DNA from: Tubulanus polymorphus
Lineage: Eukaryota > Animalia > Nemertea
Reading direction: 5' to 3'
DNA: 64,000 bases
NCBI RefSeq assembly: GCF_964204645.1
Contig: NC_134032.1
Span: 5,568,275-5,632,274 of the forward strand
Shown here: positions 25,201-39,800 of the stretch, in pieces
Position numbering within the stretch: position 1 is the stretch's first letter
Layout: each line of letters opens with the position of its first letter
The notes under the pieces: model-generated
Seen by the model: only the letters and a program-made list of their open reading frames with translations
The model's database searches: none
What the model was told of the DNA's origin: nothing
Position numbers and translations under genes: made by a program

Positions 25201-28200
25201 TATTTTTCAATACCGAAATCCGCGGGAAACCGCGGAACCGCGGGGAATTCTCATCCCTGAGCGGAGCGGTGGCTGAGATTTGGCTGAATGCTTGTTTTTT
25301 GTGCTAGATAGCTAGCAATCGGAACATTAAATATTCGTTCATTCTTTTACTTTTTATTCACCCATCTATTATTAACTTATTAATTTTTTTACGGTTTTTT
25401 TTCCCGCTTGCTTATGTGTTTATTATAATGCATTGAATGTTGTCTGTTCGCATTGATGTGCATCTTGTTGTTAAAGGCGAATTTCTTTTATTTTGCTTGT
25501 AAACTGAAGAATCAATTGTCCAGTGCTAATTTTTGTGTAATAGTTCTGGTTATTGGACACAGTTTGTTGCTTTTGTATGTTTGGTACCGATATTATTTTT
25601 GTGGTATCGATGCTTATACAGTACTTGAATATGGCATTTCACGAGAGGGTTATTGTTATTTCGGGGATAGGATCCCATTATACAGCGAATGATATAAGGG
25701 TGGCTTTCCAGAGTTTTCCTGGTTCAGCTGTCCATGGCTCAGCGGTAGATGGGTTTTATGTCCTGCTTCCTTCCAGATGGGTGGCGAGCCAGGCGATGGC
25801 ATTTTTCAATTCGCAAGCACAGAGTACCAACCTTGAGCAGGGTGGAGCTCTGTTTGCGGGTCTTGCTAAAAGGGAACAAGAAAATTATCTTTACCACCGA
25901 TGGTGAAACGTGAACCCGCGACTCAATGCATCTGCATCAGTGTTCCACTTTCTGGACAGATATTCAGGCGACAAATCATAAATGGACAACGCTTGGAGCC
26001 ACCTGTGACTCACAGCATCCAACTTCGCCGAAGACCGCACCATCCGCGGTCGTAACCTCAAGAAAAATCGGCTAAGGGTTGTATGGGCACTTCCAGCATA
26101 TAGACTTCGACAAACTTTTTCGAGACTGTGGAAACTTGCAACCCGCTGTCAATTAAAGCATAGCAAGAAATAGCATAGAAACTGTTGAGATGATGGCTTT
26201 ACCAACCTTGAGCAGGGTGGAGCTCTGTTTGCGGGTTTTGCTAAAAGGGAACAAGAAAATTATCTTTACCACCGATGGTGAAACGTGTACCCGCGACTCA
26301 ATGCATCTGCATCAGTGTTCCACTTTCTGGACAGATATTCAGGCGACAAATCATAAATGGACAACGCTTGGAGCCACCTGTGACTCACAGCATCCAACTT
26401 CGCCGAAGATAAAAAGTACATTAATGGATTACTGTCAGTATTAGCGACGCACTTGTTGCTGTACGAATAATCATGGAACACTTCACTAACCGCCCACTTG
26501 AGAGCGAGGATTTCAAGTTTATGGACTGGTTAATTTCGCTCACCATCCTTTAAACCTTGACAAGCGAAGGCGATAGGACTTAGATTACCTTCCTGTCGTT
26601 GGTACAAACACGCACCAAGCCCGTTCAGAGAAGCGTCTGTATGCAGCTCAAACAGAAGTTAATAATCAGCGTGAGCCAAAACAGGAGAAAGTGCTCAGAA
26701 AGTGCTTTTATTGTGCTCAGAAAGTGCTTTAATTGGTCAAAAGCCTGCTGTTGGACTTCATTCCAAGGAATCTTCTCTTCGTTCCTACTAGATTTAGTCA
26801 GACCCTTCAAGAGGTCATTTAAGGATTTTGCGATTGCCGAAAAACCCTTCACGAACAGGCGATAATACGAGGCAGAGAACAAAGTACAAAAGTCTTGCGA
26901 AAGAAAGTACACTTTGAGGGCTTTAACATAAGCATGGCCTATTTAAGCTTCCCAAACACGTCAGACAGACGTACGATATGCTGATCAATGGTGTCACTAA
27001 TAACAATTATATTGTCTATGTAAACAAGACATTCTTGCATAAGACGTTGGAACGTGGCTGGTGCTCCCGTTAACCCAAAAGGCATTACATTGTGTTCAAA
27101 GAACCCAAACCCCAGGCCAACAGTAAAAGCTGTACGTTCACGATGCTCCAGTGCCATGTTTACTTGCCAATAACAGCTCTTGAGATCAAGGCATGAAAAG
27201 TAAGTGGAACCAGCTAGCGCACCCAGTTGCTCGTCGATCTTAGGGAGGCTATACCTGTCAGGAATGGTTCTCTTATTCAACTCCCGGTAGTCTATACAAA
27301 ACCTCCATTCTTCTCCAAAGTTCTGCATTTTTCTTTTGGACAAGAACTACCGGTGACGCAAAGCACTATTGGACAGGCGTATCACCTCTGTTTCCAGCAT
27401 CATATGCAGATGTTCTCTTACTTTGCTAAACATCGCCGGAGGAATTCTCCGGCACCCCTTTGATGGAAGGGATTAGGGTCCGACATGTTATTCTTATGTT
27501 CAATTAAACTCGTTCGTCCCATGTATAGATTGCTCACTGCAAAAATGGATCCCTTCATCCACAACAAATCTTCAAGTTTCGATTTAGCCTCAGGTACTAC
27601 GTTATCTCGAACAGATTTATAAAGTCTTAGCGTATGTAAATAATCGCCCCAGCCTAAATCGACACATCACGGCGAGAAGGGTTCCGCACCCACGCTACCA
27701 CTCAATTGCATACTACAGAACCAGCTTCCTGTGTGGTAGGCACCACCAACAGGCTACCAGGAATCTGACTTCCCTCGGAAGTGGTCATATATAGGCCTTC
27801 CGCTCCTTTGATCCGAGCCAATTCATGTATGGTAATTTTAGCCGCGGCTGGCACGGTGACTGTCTTAGTCAATTTAACCGACTCAGAAGTGTTGCTACAA
27901 CGCAAAGTGTTTGCTGCAGCCCAGGCCGAGGACAAGGTCGAAATCTCCTTGACCCGGTCCAGTACATTGGTGCCGATTAAAGTAGGAACCTTCTCATGGT
28001 AGTCGGTACTCTAAACAACAAGCATAGGGACTTCCATATCCAAACCTGCTGCCTGCAACAACATAACCGCAATATGGCAAGACCGCACCATCCGCCGTCG
28101 TAACCTCAAGAAAAATCGGCTACGGGTTGTATGGGCACTTCCAGCATATAGACTTCGACAAACTTTTTCGAGACTGTGGAAACTTGCAACCCGCTGTCAA

Positions 28201-30836
28201 TTAAAGCATAGCAAGAAATAGCATAGAAACTGTTGAGATGATGGCTTTACCAACCACCCATTAAGATAAAGTCGTTTGAGGGCTGTTCTCTAATACTTCA
28301 CTTTCTGTTTTGGGTCATCGCTATAGAGACCATCATCTCTATTAGGAAGACCATTTCTATCACTCGAACTACCGTTACCGGCTGGTAAACACCTGTTATC
28401 TACATTCCTGCTCGGACAAACACGACGGATGTGGCCAATGCCACCACAGAATAAAACAGACAGCTCCCGCTCCTCCAGGAAGATTACGGACACAAGAAGT
28501 AAGGTCATCCTCTCAAGGATGGTGGATACATCTGCGTTCGGACGACAATTAAACAGGACAGCCGCAGCATTCCCTCGGCTTTAAGAATCGAGCTGTTCGC
28601 GTTGTATTATCCATAAGGCTCCTACTCCTCTACAACAGGCCACTTTAGTTCATATGTTTTAGTTATTACCGACCATTTCACGAAATACGCCTGGCTGTTC
28701 CGACGTGGAACCAGACTGCGCTAACAACGGCTCGTGTGCTATTGGATTCTTTCATTTCGAAGTTTGGAATCCCAAAGAGGATATTATAATAAGTGTTTGT
28801 TACCTATTTTATTCATAATATTATGACATTATAAGATTCTGACTCAGGACGTCATCAAATAAACAAACTCTCTACGTCAAAACTATATTTGTATTTAACT
28901 CGTCTTTTTAAGGTTCTACCATCGATAGTTCCCCACTCCATTAACGGCATAAACTTCGTTAATAGTGAGATAAACTAGGGGACAATGCAACAACTCATTA
29001 CTCGAGACTGACGACGGCAGGAGGGCGGACTTACGGCAAGCGATGAGGGCACAAGGGGACATGGGACACATCTGAAGGGCACAAGGGCGGCTATTTTCGC
29101 GGCCGGGGCGCACCGCTCCTCTATTTTTGGCTAGATGAAGCACTGTGTAATATATACTATTCCCGAAGGTTGTTTTGGATTTGCCGGTTCCCAGGATAAA
29201 CGAGGCATTCAGCATCAGAGAGCCCCTTCACATATGTACGGTACAACCTAGAAGAAACTTAACTCATAACGCGACCAGCGTTTGCAAATTCAACGAGTTT
29301 TGCGCGCGTATATCAAACACACATATAAATCAATTACAGCTTCCTTCTAATGCAACTTCCGGTATTTAGATGAACATATGATTAAAGGGCATATGCCATC
29401 GAAATTATTCTTTTTGTGGCTAATTAACCAGATAAAACTTTTGTTTATAAATAACGACCTGAGATGTGGCTGATCGATAAATAAGTCTCTGTAATTAGCC
29501 ACCAACTGAGTGATTCTTAAATGTTGAAAAGTTGTGTATTCATCCCTAGCGAATGTCTAATGTGTTCAGAACTAAACGGAAATGAACGACAGATCACAAT
29601 ACTCTAGAGATGTCCAGTGGCTGAGTGTTTTAAGCCGCTGGTCACTAGTCACGTCAATCCAGGCTTCGAATCCTGGTGCCTACAGAGTTTCTTATTCAAA
29701 GGTTCTTCTCTGGTCTCTCCCCATTGGGAAAAAGAAAAAAGAACCTCGAACCCGCTAATAATGCCCTGCATGGCACTCACTGGGTTGAGGGAATTTTAAC
29801 AAAAATTGATTATTAGGATATAGTCGAAACATAAAATAAATTACTGGGCTCTAGAAAACTATATCCAATTTTGAGTACGGGATTTTATACACTGACTTAT
29901 CAATGGCTATTAAATAATAGATTTATCCAAAAATACATTCTTGAATATAAGTAACGTTTCAGTAATAGCGCTCCTACCGGTTTGATCTTGGTTTGAACCA
30001 GGCGTCAATAACCCGTAAATCTCTTGTTCCTCCTGTTGCGTGCCGTCAACCAGCTTTATAATCGTGCCATCGATATCTTTCAGTATGATCTCCTGTTTTA
30101 GCTTGATGCAGTTCTCTATCTCGTTGTATTCATACTGGTCAGTTTGTAATTCCTGCAAATCAACGGCCATATCTAAAAAAAAAATCAAATACATTTGATC
30201 CAATAGAGTAAAACCTCTCTTAGTGAACATCACTTTTTATCAACAGTTTTTCCTCGGAGTCAACCAAAATTTTCTTGTTCATTTTCCGACTTAGTAAAGT
30301 CTCTCCCTACAGTCAAAATTTTGCCCAAAACCAAAAGCTAGACTGACCCACCTGATGATGGTCTCTGTTTCGTATGCTCTTCTCCAGCCTGCTCTGAGCA
30401 CTCCTCCCGTTCCTCTTCCACGACTGGCTTACGAGGAGTAAGTTTAACCGGACTCACGCTCATCAATGCCGCTTTCAAAACAGGACTGAACAAACTCGGC
30501 CGAACATCTTCGTTCTTCACCTCACTCACCACAGCTGGCACCTCGTAGCCAGACAGACGATCACTGATTCCCGGCGCAACCTGCTCAATAACAATCTGAA
30601 CTTCTTTCGCCTGAGTAGTCGATTTCTCGTTCAATTTCTCAGCTGCCGCTGCTGCTGACGACTTTATCAGATTCGACGCGCGAAGAGCAGATGACCTGAT
30701 AAGACTTGCTGCCTCCTCACGAGGAATCACCTCGACTCGGGATAAAACTTTATTGATACTTGCCACAATGTCTTTGTCCAGAACTTGATAATCGTCATCG
30801 TCGTCGTCATCGTCATCGTCATCGTCATCGTAATCG

Positions 30837-30869
<33 letters not shown>

Positions 30870-33800
30870 CATGAACTTTCCTCCTTGCCACATAATATAT
30901 CCTCCACCTCAACTGGAGCAGATCGACGAATCACGTTCCATTTTGGTTTCTGGTGCTCATTCTTTATCTTTCGACGAGGTCGCCTCTTCACTTCAGATGA
31001 AGGCTGTGGCTGTTGGAACAAAAATGCAAAAGTTTCAAGTTTTCTATATGGTTTCTTCAATTACTTAAGCCAGGCGTAGGTCGGCCTTGCGACGGCTTGC
31101 GACTCACTGCGACGCGACTCACTGCAAACGCCAGCGACGATTGCGTCGCAACGACGCTACCTTGCGACTGCCAGCGACGGGTTGCGACTGCCAGCGATGC
31201 CAGTCACAATGAGTCGCACATGTTCTACTTTCTGCGACGCGACGCGACCGTCGCAACCGATCTACGCGCTCTTGCGACTGGGAGCAACTAGTCGCACACA
31301 GTCGCTGACAATTGCGTCGCAACCGACTTACGCCCCGACTTGTGACGCAACGCGACGATCACGTCGCGTCGCAAGGTCGACCTACACCCGGCTTTACTGA
31401 GTGTGGATAAGCCACCCGTGCATCGAAATATCGAAAAAGTTTTTAGTTTCAATTATTTTCAAAAAACAATTCCTTTATTCCTTAAGTGATGTTTTCATCA
31501 TAATTCTTTAAACAAAAATAAAGAGCAACATCTTGTTTTGCACTCCTGTCTCAATTTTTTTATTATTTGGAAAAGTAAGTCTTTTTCATTTCTCCCATCA
31601 TTTGTATTCAATTCACGATCTCATATTATCAATAACAATCGCATTTAATGATGTTCTAGGACTCAATTTTATTTTTCATATGGAGTCCATCCAAGATTTC
31701 ATGCAGAAGATACTAAAAATTACGAACTAGGAGTCCAGGGATGCCATGCCAGGCAAATGCTCAATAATCTAAAAATTTCAATACTCAACACCCCTGGTGT
31801 TAACCATGGAACCAATGACTGTGATACTCACCACAATCATAGAACATGTCACGAGCTACAATTTTGCAATCGATTGTGATAACAAAATATACCTAGGCCT
31901 AGGCATATCATATGGAAATTCTGCCCCCTACGAAAAAACTATGCGTTGAATCAACCCGGAATTTTTCAGTAGTATATCTGACACTAGGTCCCTTTCTTTA
32001 AAGATTTATTTGTTGTATGTCATTAACAATCAGTTATATAATACTTTATTCATAACTTTGCAGCGGCGCGCCGGCAGCGAACGCAGCAAGGTCAGTCACG
32101 TAGGCCAACTATAACACGAAACAGACCACAGTTTTCCTGGTTAAGGGCGTCTCTCCACATTAGTTACAGGGACTATAATGGACCATTTGTTGACACTAAC
32201 CTTTAATAAACTTCGTATGGATACAATCATGATAATTCCACCCTATAATTACACTATCGACGCACAGATTAAACATGGCGCCGCCATTCATTTTGTAGTC
32301 ATAATTCTTATCTATGCACATCAACAAGTGTTAACTTATGAGATACGATCGAAATCTACCAATTTAATTGGAAAAATAGCAGCACTATAGTTTAAAAAAG
32401 TTGATAAACTACCTCCGACTGTCTAATCATTTAAAAGCTTTGCCCTCATATGGAACTGTTAAATTAGGCCTAACTAATAATTTAGGGAAATATGTTAAAA
32501 AAGCGAAATTTCATACTCTGCATTAATAAGATTAAAGTATTTATTCGTTTGACAAATCTTCATCTGAACTCCCACCAACAAGTCATAAGTGGTGACACGA
32601 AAATGACGTCATCGAGGTAAAAACAAATGACCTTGAAACTCCCTCCTCAACTTTGCAAATGATGGTGGTTACAAAATATCCATAGCTACCAATATAATAT
32701 GAAATAAAGGGCCAATGGTCCATGGGGCTCATCAAACTGGTGTGAAGTAAAAAATCTGTCATGAATAGGATACCGGTATGTAAAACTTCATTTCATTGAA
32801 AATTAAACAAGAAAAAATTATATCAACTAGGGGTCCATGGACACCATGCCCACTTGGGAAGTGGTTTCAAATGCTCAACATTCTAACAGTTTCAGTAGTC
32901 AACGCCCCCTGGTGACCATATACAAAACCCAATCACCTTGAAACTCACCATAATGGGAGAATATGTCAAGAGCTAAAACTTTTCTATTGATTGTGGTTAC
33001 AAAATATGCTTAGGTACCAATATTATATGGAAATACTAAGTTATCCTACTATTCAATGCCCTCTGGTGACCATATGCAAAAAAAAAAATACCACGAAACT
33101 TACTACAATCATAGAACATGTTATGAGCTACAACTTTGCAATTGATTGTGGAAACAAAATATGCCTAGGTACAAATATAATATGGAAATACTAAGTTATT
33201 GTACTATTCAATGCCCCTGGTGACCATATATACAAACACCAATGACCCTGAGACTCACCACAATCATAGAACGTGTCATGAGTTAAAATCTTGCAATTTA
33301 TTGAGGTAAAACAAAATATGCCTCGGTACCAATCTAATATTGAAATACAAAGTTTTTCTACTATTCAATGCCCCCTTGTGACCATATACTGAAACCAATG
33401 ACCTTGAAACTCACCACAATCATAGAATATGCCATGAGCTACAAGTTTGCAATTGATTGTAGTTACGCAATATGCATATGTGTATGTAACAGAAGTAACG
33501 TAGCATACAAACTTACAGGACATAAAAATTCTTACACATCGCTTTTGTTTATGTCCTGTATGTTTGTATGCTACGTTACATCTGTTTTCTGGTCATTCCA
33601 CCTAATGATGGCTGTTAATCAACAGCAATGTTGTGGTTTCATTCTAATAAATTATCTCATATAAAATTTGAATTGTGGCATTTCTTCAGAAGCTCTCAAG
33701 TTCTTCAAATTTTAGGCCAGTGCCACAAAAATGGTCACAGGACAGCTATCTTGTGTCCGATTGACCCAATTTTTCTTATGCTGATGGGCCCTTGGAGTCC

Positions 33801-36800
33801 TCAAATATATATATATATGCAAGATTAAGATGATTGATCAAAGTGTCTTCCAAATTTCCCTCAAAAATGTGTAAAAAGTGATTTCGGCGAACGATTCAGT
33901 TGGCCATCTTGATTCTGATGGGCCAATCTTTGGGCTTGAGATGTATCTAGGGTAGATAGATGTATAAACCAAATATCAAGACATTACATTTTGAGCATCT
34001 TCAAAACATCCAAAAACTAGAATTTCGCCTAGGGGCTTCACATTTCCACCAACTACATGCAACACATTTTCATTATCAAATCTGCTTCATTTAGAAGTTT
34101 ATCTGACATCACCTTTTTCATGTATTAAGCATCCAAGAAAACAAATTGGTTCCAATTACAAGATAAAACGCACATGTACAACTACATATCCAGACAAACA
34201 TATGTGTAAAGTTACATGAAGAGAGAGCCAGTAGGTTAGGAGATCTCCGGACAAGATTGAGTCCACGGACAGACGACGGATGACCTGACTTGAGTATACC
34301 CCCCAGTATAACTGGACGGACGGACAGACCGATGACGGACAAAAAGTGAACGCAATGGCCCACAGGGATTTAAGTCCCAAGTGGGCTAAAAATCAATGTC
34401 TACTTTTCCCAGTTTTCTTGCCAGGGCCGGCAGAAACAAGTTGACATTCTCACCGTGCAAGGTGTCAACCGCGCACAAATATGCATCTGTTTTCTCGAGG
34501 GGTTTGGGGTAGCCTACTTCCCCCAGAGAAATTCTTTTAAATGGTTGTATTTCAAAGCTCTGGGGCTATTTGAGGCAATTGTTTTCCGGTATCATGATTC
34601 AGGTTGATTGAGTCAGTTAGCTTATGAATGCTACAGATCATACTGTTTTACGCTGATCAGAGAGATCACAAAATACGTTTCAGGGATATGAGCAGTCCTA
34701 GCCGAGGCTTTTTAAACTTCATAAAAAAAATCATTATCGGCAAAATTTTTGGCACGGCCAAAGCCACCATGGTTCCGCCGGCCCTGCTCGCATGTTAAAA
34801 TGCTTGAGAAAGTTTTTCCCTTCTCCCATAATTTTCCAGAAAAATAAGTGCTCTATAGTGATCTAAAAAAGCCTTAGTACAGTATAACCTCACTATAGTG
34901 AACACTTGGGGTTCCAAAGAAATTGTTCACTACAGAGAGGTGTTCACTAAATAGAGATAGCACATATTTGTGTCACGCCACCTACCAGCAGTTTGAATAA
35001 CTACCCCCCCCCCCCCAAATATTCAGCATTAATCCAAAACAATAACAGCTGTCCATTCATAATTGTAGTCACCAATCAACCTAATTTTACTGCCTAAGGA
35101 CTACCGTATTTTCCGGTATAAGTCGAGTTTTTGAGACCAAAAATCATGTAGGTTTTACTGTACTTAGTTTTTTGAAAAATATTTTTCCTACTTACGGTTA
35201 TTACAGGTGGTGGTTGTTTCGCTGATTGAATCTTATTATAATCTGCAGCGCTGACAACCAGAACTTTCTTTGCGCTTGTATCCTTCCCGCCAACTGTCGT
35301 TGAGTGAACCTTCATCACTTGACCTTGACGTCCATCTGCATTACTGGTCGGTTTCGCCACGACAACCTTGACCGGCGATGGCCCACCGCCGCTGTTTGTC
35401 GGCAAGGTGACGCACCTCCGTGGCGAAGTGCTACCGACAGGGGGTGCTTTTTGCTTTGCATTCCACACCGCTGAAGATGCACTTTTCAAAAATGACTGCC
35501 TGGTGGCCGCATTGCTTCCCTCTGATTTACTCATGACATCTTTGGGAGTCTGCTTCAGTTTTTCTGCAGCTTTTAAAACTGATTTTCCAGCAGCTTCCGT
35601 ATCCACCTTTCCTGCAATCCCTGTGTCTGTTATGCCAGCTACCCTATCAGTATCTGTTTTTTCAGTGTCTGATTTTCCTGTATTTGTCAATTCAACAACC
35701 CCTTGAGCTGGTTTTCCAGCAACCCCTATGTCTGTTACTCCAGTGATCCCTGTATTTGGTTTTCCAGCGACCTCTGTGTGCTTAACTCCAGCGACTCCTG
35801 TGTTCTCTGACCTCTTGCTGGTCTCGTTAGGTATCTCTTGTACGTCACTCATTTTCACTAATATCTCCGTGACCTCATCCTCTTTTATCCGGACCTCATC
35901 GGGTGCGTTGGCCGATGCCGATATTTCAATCAGCTCTGGGCCATCCGTCTGCAAGTCCTCATGCAGCTGCCATGATGACCACCTTTGTCTCGACGACGCC
36001 CGATTCTTTGCATCGAGGGCCGTAGAGGGTGACGCCTTACAGCGACTTCGCGTATTCACCGCACCCGCTGTAGCACCTCGAGGCGGACTTGGAGACATCC
36101 GTTTGCGTTTTGGCATTACAGTCGACACGCCTTTTCCGGTGCGCGTTACGAGAATGGCAGAACTGGAAATGAAGCATAAGATTATACCACCTGAAACATC
36201 AGTTACAAATCCGAAACGAGAAACAAAATTCTTAATATGGACTTTCCTTAATTTACAGTCTAGATAGTCAAGATTAGAGATTACAACAGGGATCCCAACA
36301 GTAGTTACCAAAGAAATCGGAAATCAATTTGGCCTCATTCTGTCCCCGTGAGCGCCGTAGGTGCGAAACGACGCTTCGAAAATTTTTGAAATTTGAGGTA
36401 ATTTCCGGGCATCTGAGAAATTCTCGGGGCCCGAATCCAGCAAAAATTAACATCAGTTTGACATTTTGGATCCATTGGTATTGATTTATTGAATAGTTTT
36501 GATCGACGATATGTATGCATAACGTGCGCGTCAGTCTGATCATTACTCCTGTGCACTGATCAATAGACCACGAACACACAGTAATGTATAGACGCTGTTC
36601 ACTTGTGTGAGGCGCATGTATGAATGCTATCGTATATCGTTCCACTATTTTCTTATTCATATCGTGTCAGCACGTGGCCACCCACAATACTGTACTTCAG
36701 TTCAGTATCGATATTCTAGATATACGCTCAGTCTAGCCACGGCAAGTCGATTGTTTCGGAACTTGTGACCACAAGTGGCATAACCGATCATAACCCCCTA

Positions 36801-39800
36801 CCCCCTTTATTTTAACATCAAATCTATATCGATCTCAGAGACCATAAAAATCGGAATTCCAATTAAAGTCGGAAGATTGGGAGCCCTGTTATAAGCAGAA
36901 CAAATGAAAAATAGTGAAAACTATTGCATTAAATTTAAATGATGGGGGAAGAGTAACGTTTTACAGACAATTAGATCGAAAAAAAAGGACGGCAAATATC
37001 AAGAAAAAAAAATGTCTTTTTTTCGAATGATGAACGGAAACGCATTCGGCATGAAGTTTTTGATAGAATTTCAGAGAATTGATGGTCCAAGTAATCAAAT
37101 AAATTGCCCATGGGCAAAGTGTGGTTTACCTTGAAAGCTAGAGGTTATTTGGAATAAGGGCATTGATTGAAAAATCATGATGAATTATTTTGTAGTCAAA
37201 TAAGACCAAAGATATACATTTGGTTATGGTCCACGTCCAAAATTTTGTAGGGTACAGGTCATCTTCACCCGTCAAGGGATTCGAACCCACTACGCTAAAA
37301 GCTGTTCGCCGAACCCCTTGACCTCACGAGTCGTTGGAGCCGTTACTAGCCGACCAGAATCCGGTCGTACCAATCACAGCGCTTGTAACAAACGACATCA
37401 GGCTTCTATTGGTTTTCCCGTTAAATGGACCAATCAGCGAACGTTTTACTGAACAAGGAGGTATTTCGCAAATCATTATATGACGTCATGCGCAACAGCG
37501 CCAGTAATGAAATCATGCTTCGTGAGGCCAGGGGGCTGGTGGAAGCGAGTTCGGGAGTGATACCGGACCCCTGGCAAGCGAGGATGGGTACAGGTAGGCG
37601 TGGCAGGGAAACTTTTATATTTTCAAGAAAATATGTTTCACAATATGAAAAAAATATTCAAATAAGGCCATCCCAAAATAATTGTCGGTTTGCCGTAACA
37701 CCGACACAACTTTTCAGGATGAGTCGGTAGGTAGGTAGGTAGAAATTTTTTTTTTTGCAAAATTTTTGGACAATAAAAAAACAAATTTATCACCTTTTTT
37801 ACATGGAAACAATATCGCAAAAATTATCTACGTTGTGTACGAGAAATTTGTCTAATAGATTTCGAGAATTATTCTAAAATTATAACTTCGTCCAGAGCGT
37901 TAAAAATGAAACAGTACATTGAATATGTGTGCGCTTTTACGTTACCAGCTTTATTATAGTCACTATGAGAATGAATGGCAGCTTATTGGAACACCGCCAT
38001 GTCAAGGCATGTTTTCACACGATGCACACTTGAATTCAAACATACGTAGCTCATACGTCGGCATTGGGTCGGTCGGCCGGCCGTTTTTTCAAAAATAAAA
38101 TTTATTTCAATGAATCCCAGAAAAATAGTTTTCATTCGGTACCTTTGAAGTCGGGTCGGTCGGTTACGGCAAACAGACCATTATTTTGGGATGGCCTAAA
38201 ATTCATATGATGTCACATATCAGAGGGTGGCTGAATATTGGGTCTTGGAAACCTCTTCCAATGTTGGCCGTGGAAGTTAAAATACCGGTACAGAAGAAAT
38301 CGGCTATTAGATCGTTTTAAATCCTGGAATTAACGACTACAATATTCAGACCTCGACCTATACTTCTAGTTTGCTGCTTAATATTTTCAGGTCACAAGAA
38401 CTTACAATTTATTACAAATTCTATCAAACAGAAAACACAGCGCTCATCTTCTGCTACGATTATTCAGCCTATTTTCATGTCAAACGTGCACGCGTTACAG
38501 CATCACCTTTAGTACTGCACTGTACGAGCTTGTGTGTGTGTCGTGTAGCACTACGCGCGCACGTGGAGGCCTCAATATCAATCAAATGACAATGTCAATC
38601 AAAACAATCACCAGGTATTAAAATGAAACAATATCTATGGCGGATGTATGAAATAATTACATTCTCACCAGCGATGAGCATTTAAAATTCGCACGTACAC
38701 GGCACCTAGTCCAATGTAACGTACGCCATTCTATGGCTTTCCCATAATTATTTTAGTAGCGCCGGAATTTCCCGCATATCCCAAAAACAGCCAATCCCAT
38801 TCGCTCGTTAACCCAATTGAGGTCATTGCAATTTTATACGCGAGAGCTAAGAATTTTCCCGCCAAAAACAGTTTTTCGTAGAACTCAGTTGACCATGTCA
38901 TCGACGGAGGTTCGCCATGTCTTCAATCGCATCGATTATACGTCTTTAAGCCGAGAACCAATGAAACAAATGCTCACATAAAAAAACGTACCGCGATTTT
39001 ACATGAATTGGCTCAATGCTAACATCATATCGCTGACAAAGGTAAACCAAAAAGCCTAAGATGCCCCCCTTGATTGATTCCAGAAGTTTTCATGAAAATC
39101 TGTCTATTGATACGATCTCCATCACACACAACGGCATGATGATTCATCATGACTACACATGGTAGTGGGTTTTCCCCACTGACTCAAATGGACACTCTCC
39201 ACGTTCATGGTGTAACGATTTCTATACACTGTGTATTAAGTTTGTTAGACAATTTGTTTTTATAAATTGAACAATTTCCAAGATTCACTCTTCTCTTTCC
39301 CAATTTTACTACCCTTCTATAAAATTCACAGCATTACACGGCCAGTCACGACGAACCCTGACAGTTGAATCATTTGCAGTTTCCAGGAAAACTTTAACTA
39401 GGCCACACGAGGCGCACTTTTCATATACATGCACCGATCAATCCACCACATAGCAGCGAGTATATGTACCCCGCATGTGTGTGGATCATGAATATACATT
39501 AACAGGCATGGGTTCTTCCGTAAGAAATGTAGTTCCAACAACAAACAAGAAACAAAATTCTTAATATGGACTTTCCTAAATTTACATGAGTGTATGTTTA
39601 ATCAGCATCAAAATTAAACATTGGTACTCTAGAGATAAAGCAGAATAAATGAAAAAGAGTGAAAACTATTGGATTGAATTCAAATGATGGGAGAAAATTG
39701 ACTCGTTACAGACCGAAAATAAGGGGGGAAATATCAAGGAAAAATGTGTTGTTTCAAATTATGGATGGAAACGCATACCTATCTTCGGCATGAGGTTTTT

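Larger units (their letters stand above)
23757..29232 (+). mobile_element. Gypsy LTR retrotransposon, degenerate and internally rearranged, in the ZF-gene intron between coding exons 5 and 6
   Basis: TG..CA ends; TSD TATG at 23753-23756 and 29233-29236; 5' LTR 23757-24007 followed by PBS TGGCACCCTCGCTGGGA; shared LTR end at 29143-29232; gag, protease, RT, RNase H and integrase remnants. Confidence 0.85.
37102..39052 (+). mobile_element. HINE family B copy with two nested MITEs
   Basis: Same termini and body as 39841-40938. Confidence 0.75.

Noticed and set aside
29605-29690. tRNA gene (also 37270-37340, 56950-57030)
   Set aside because: A/B boxes only; no intact acceptor or anticodon stems; embedded in repeats.
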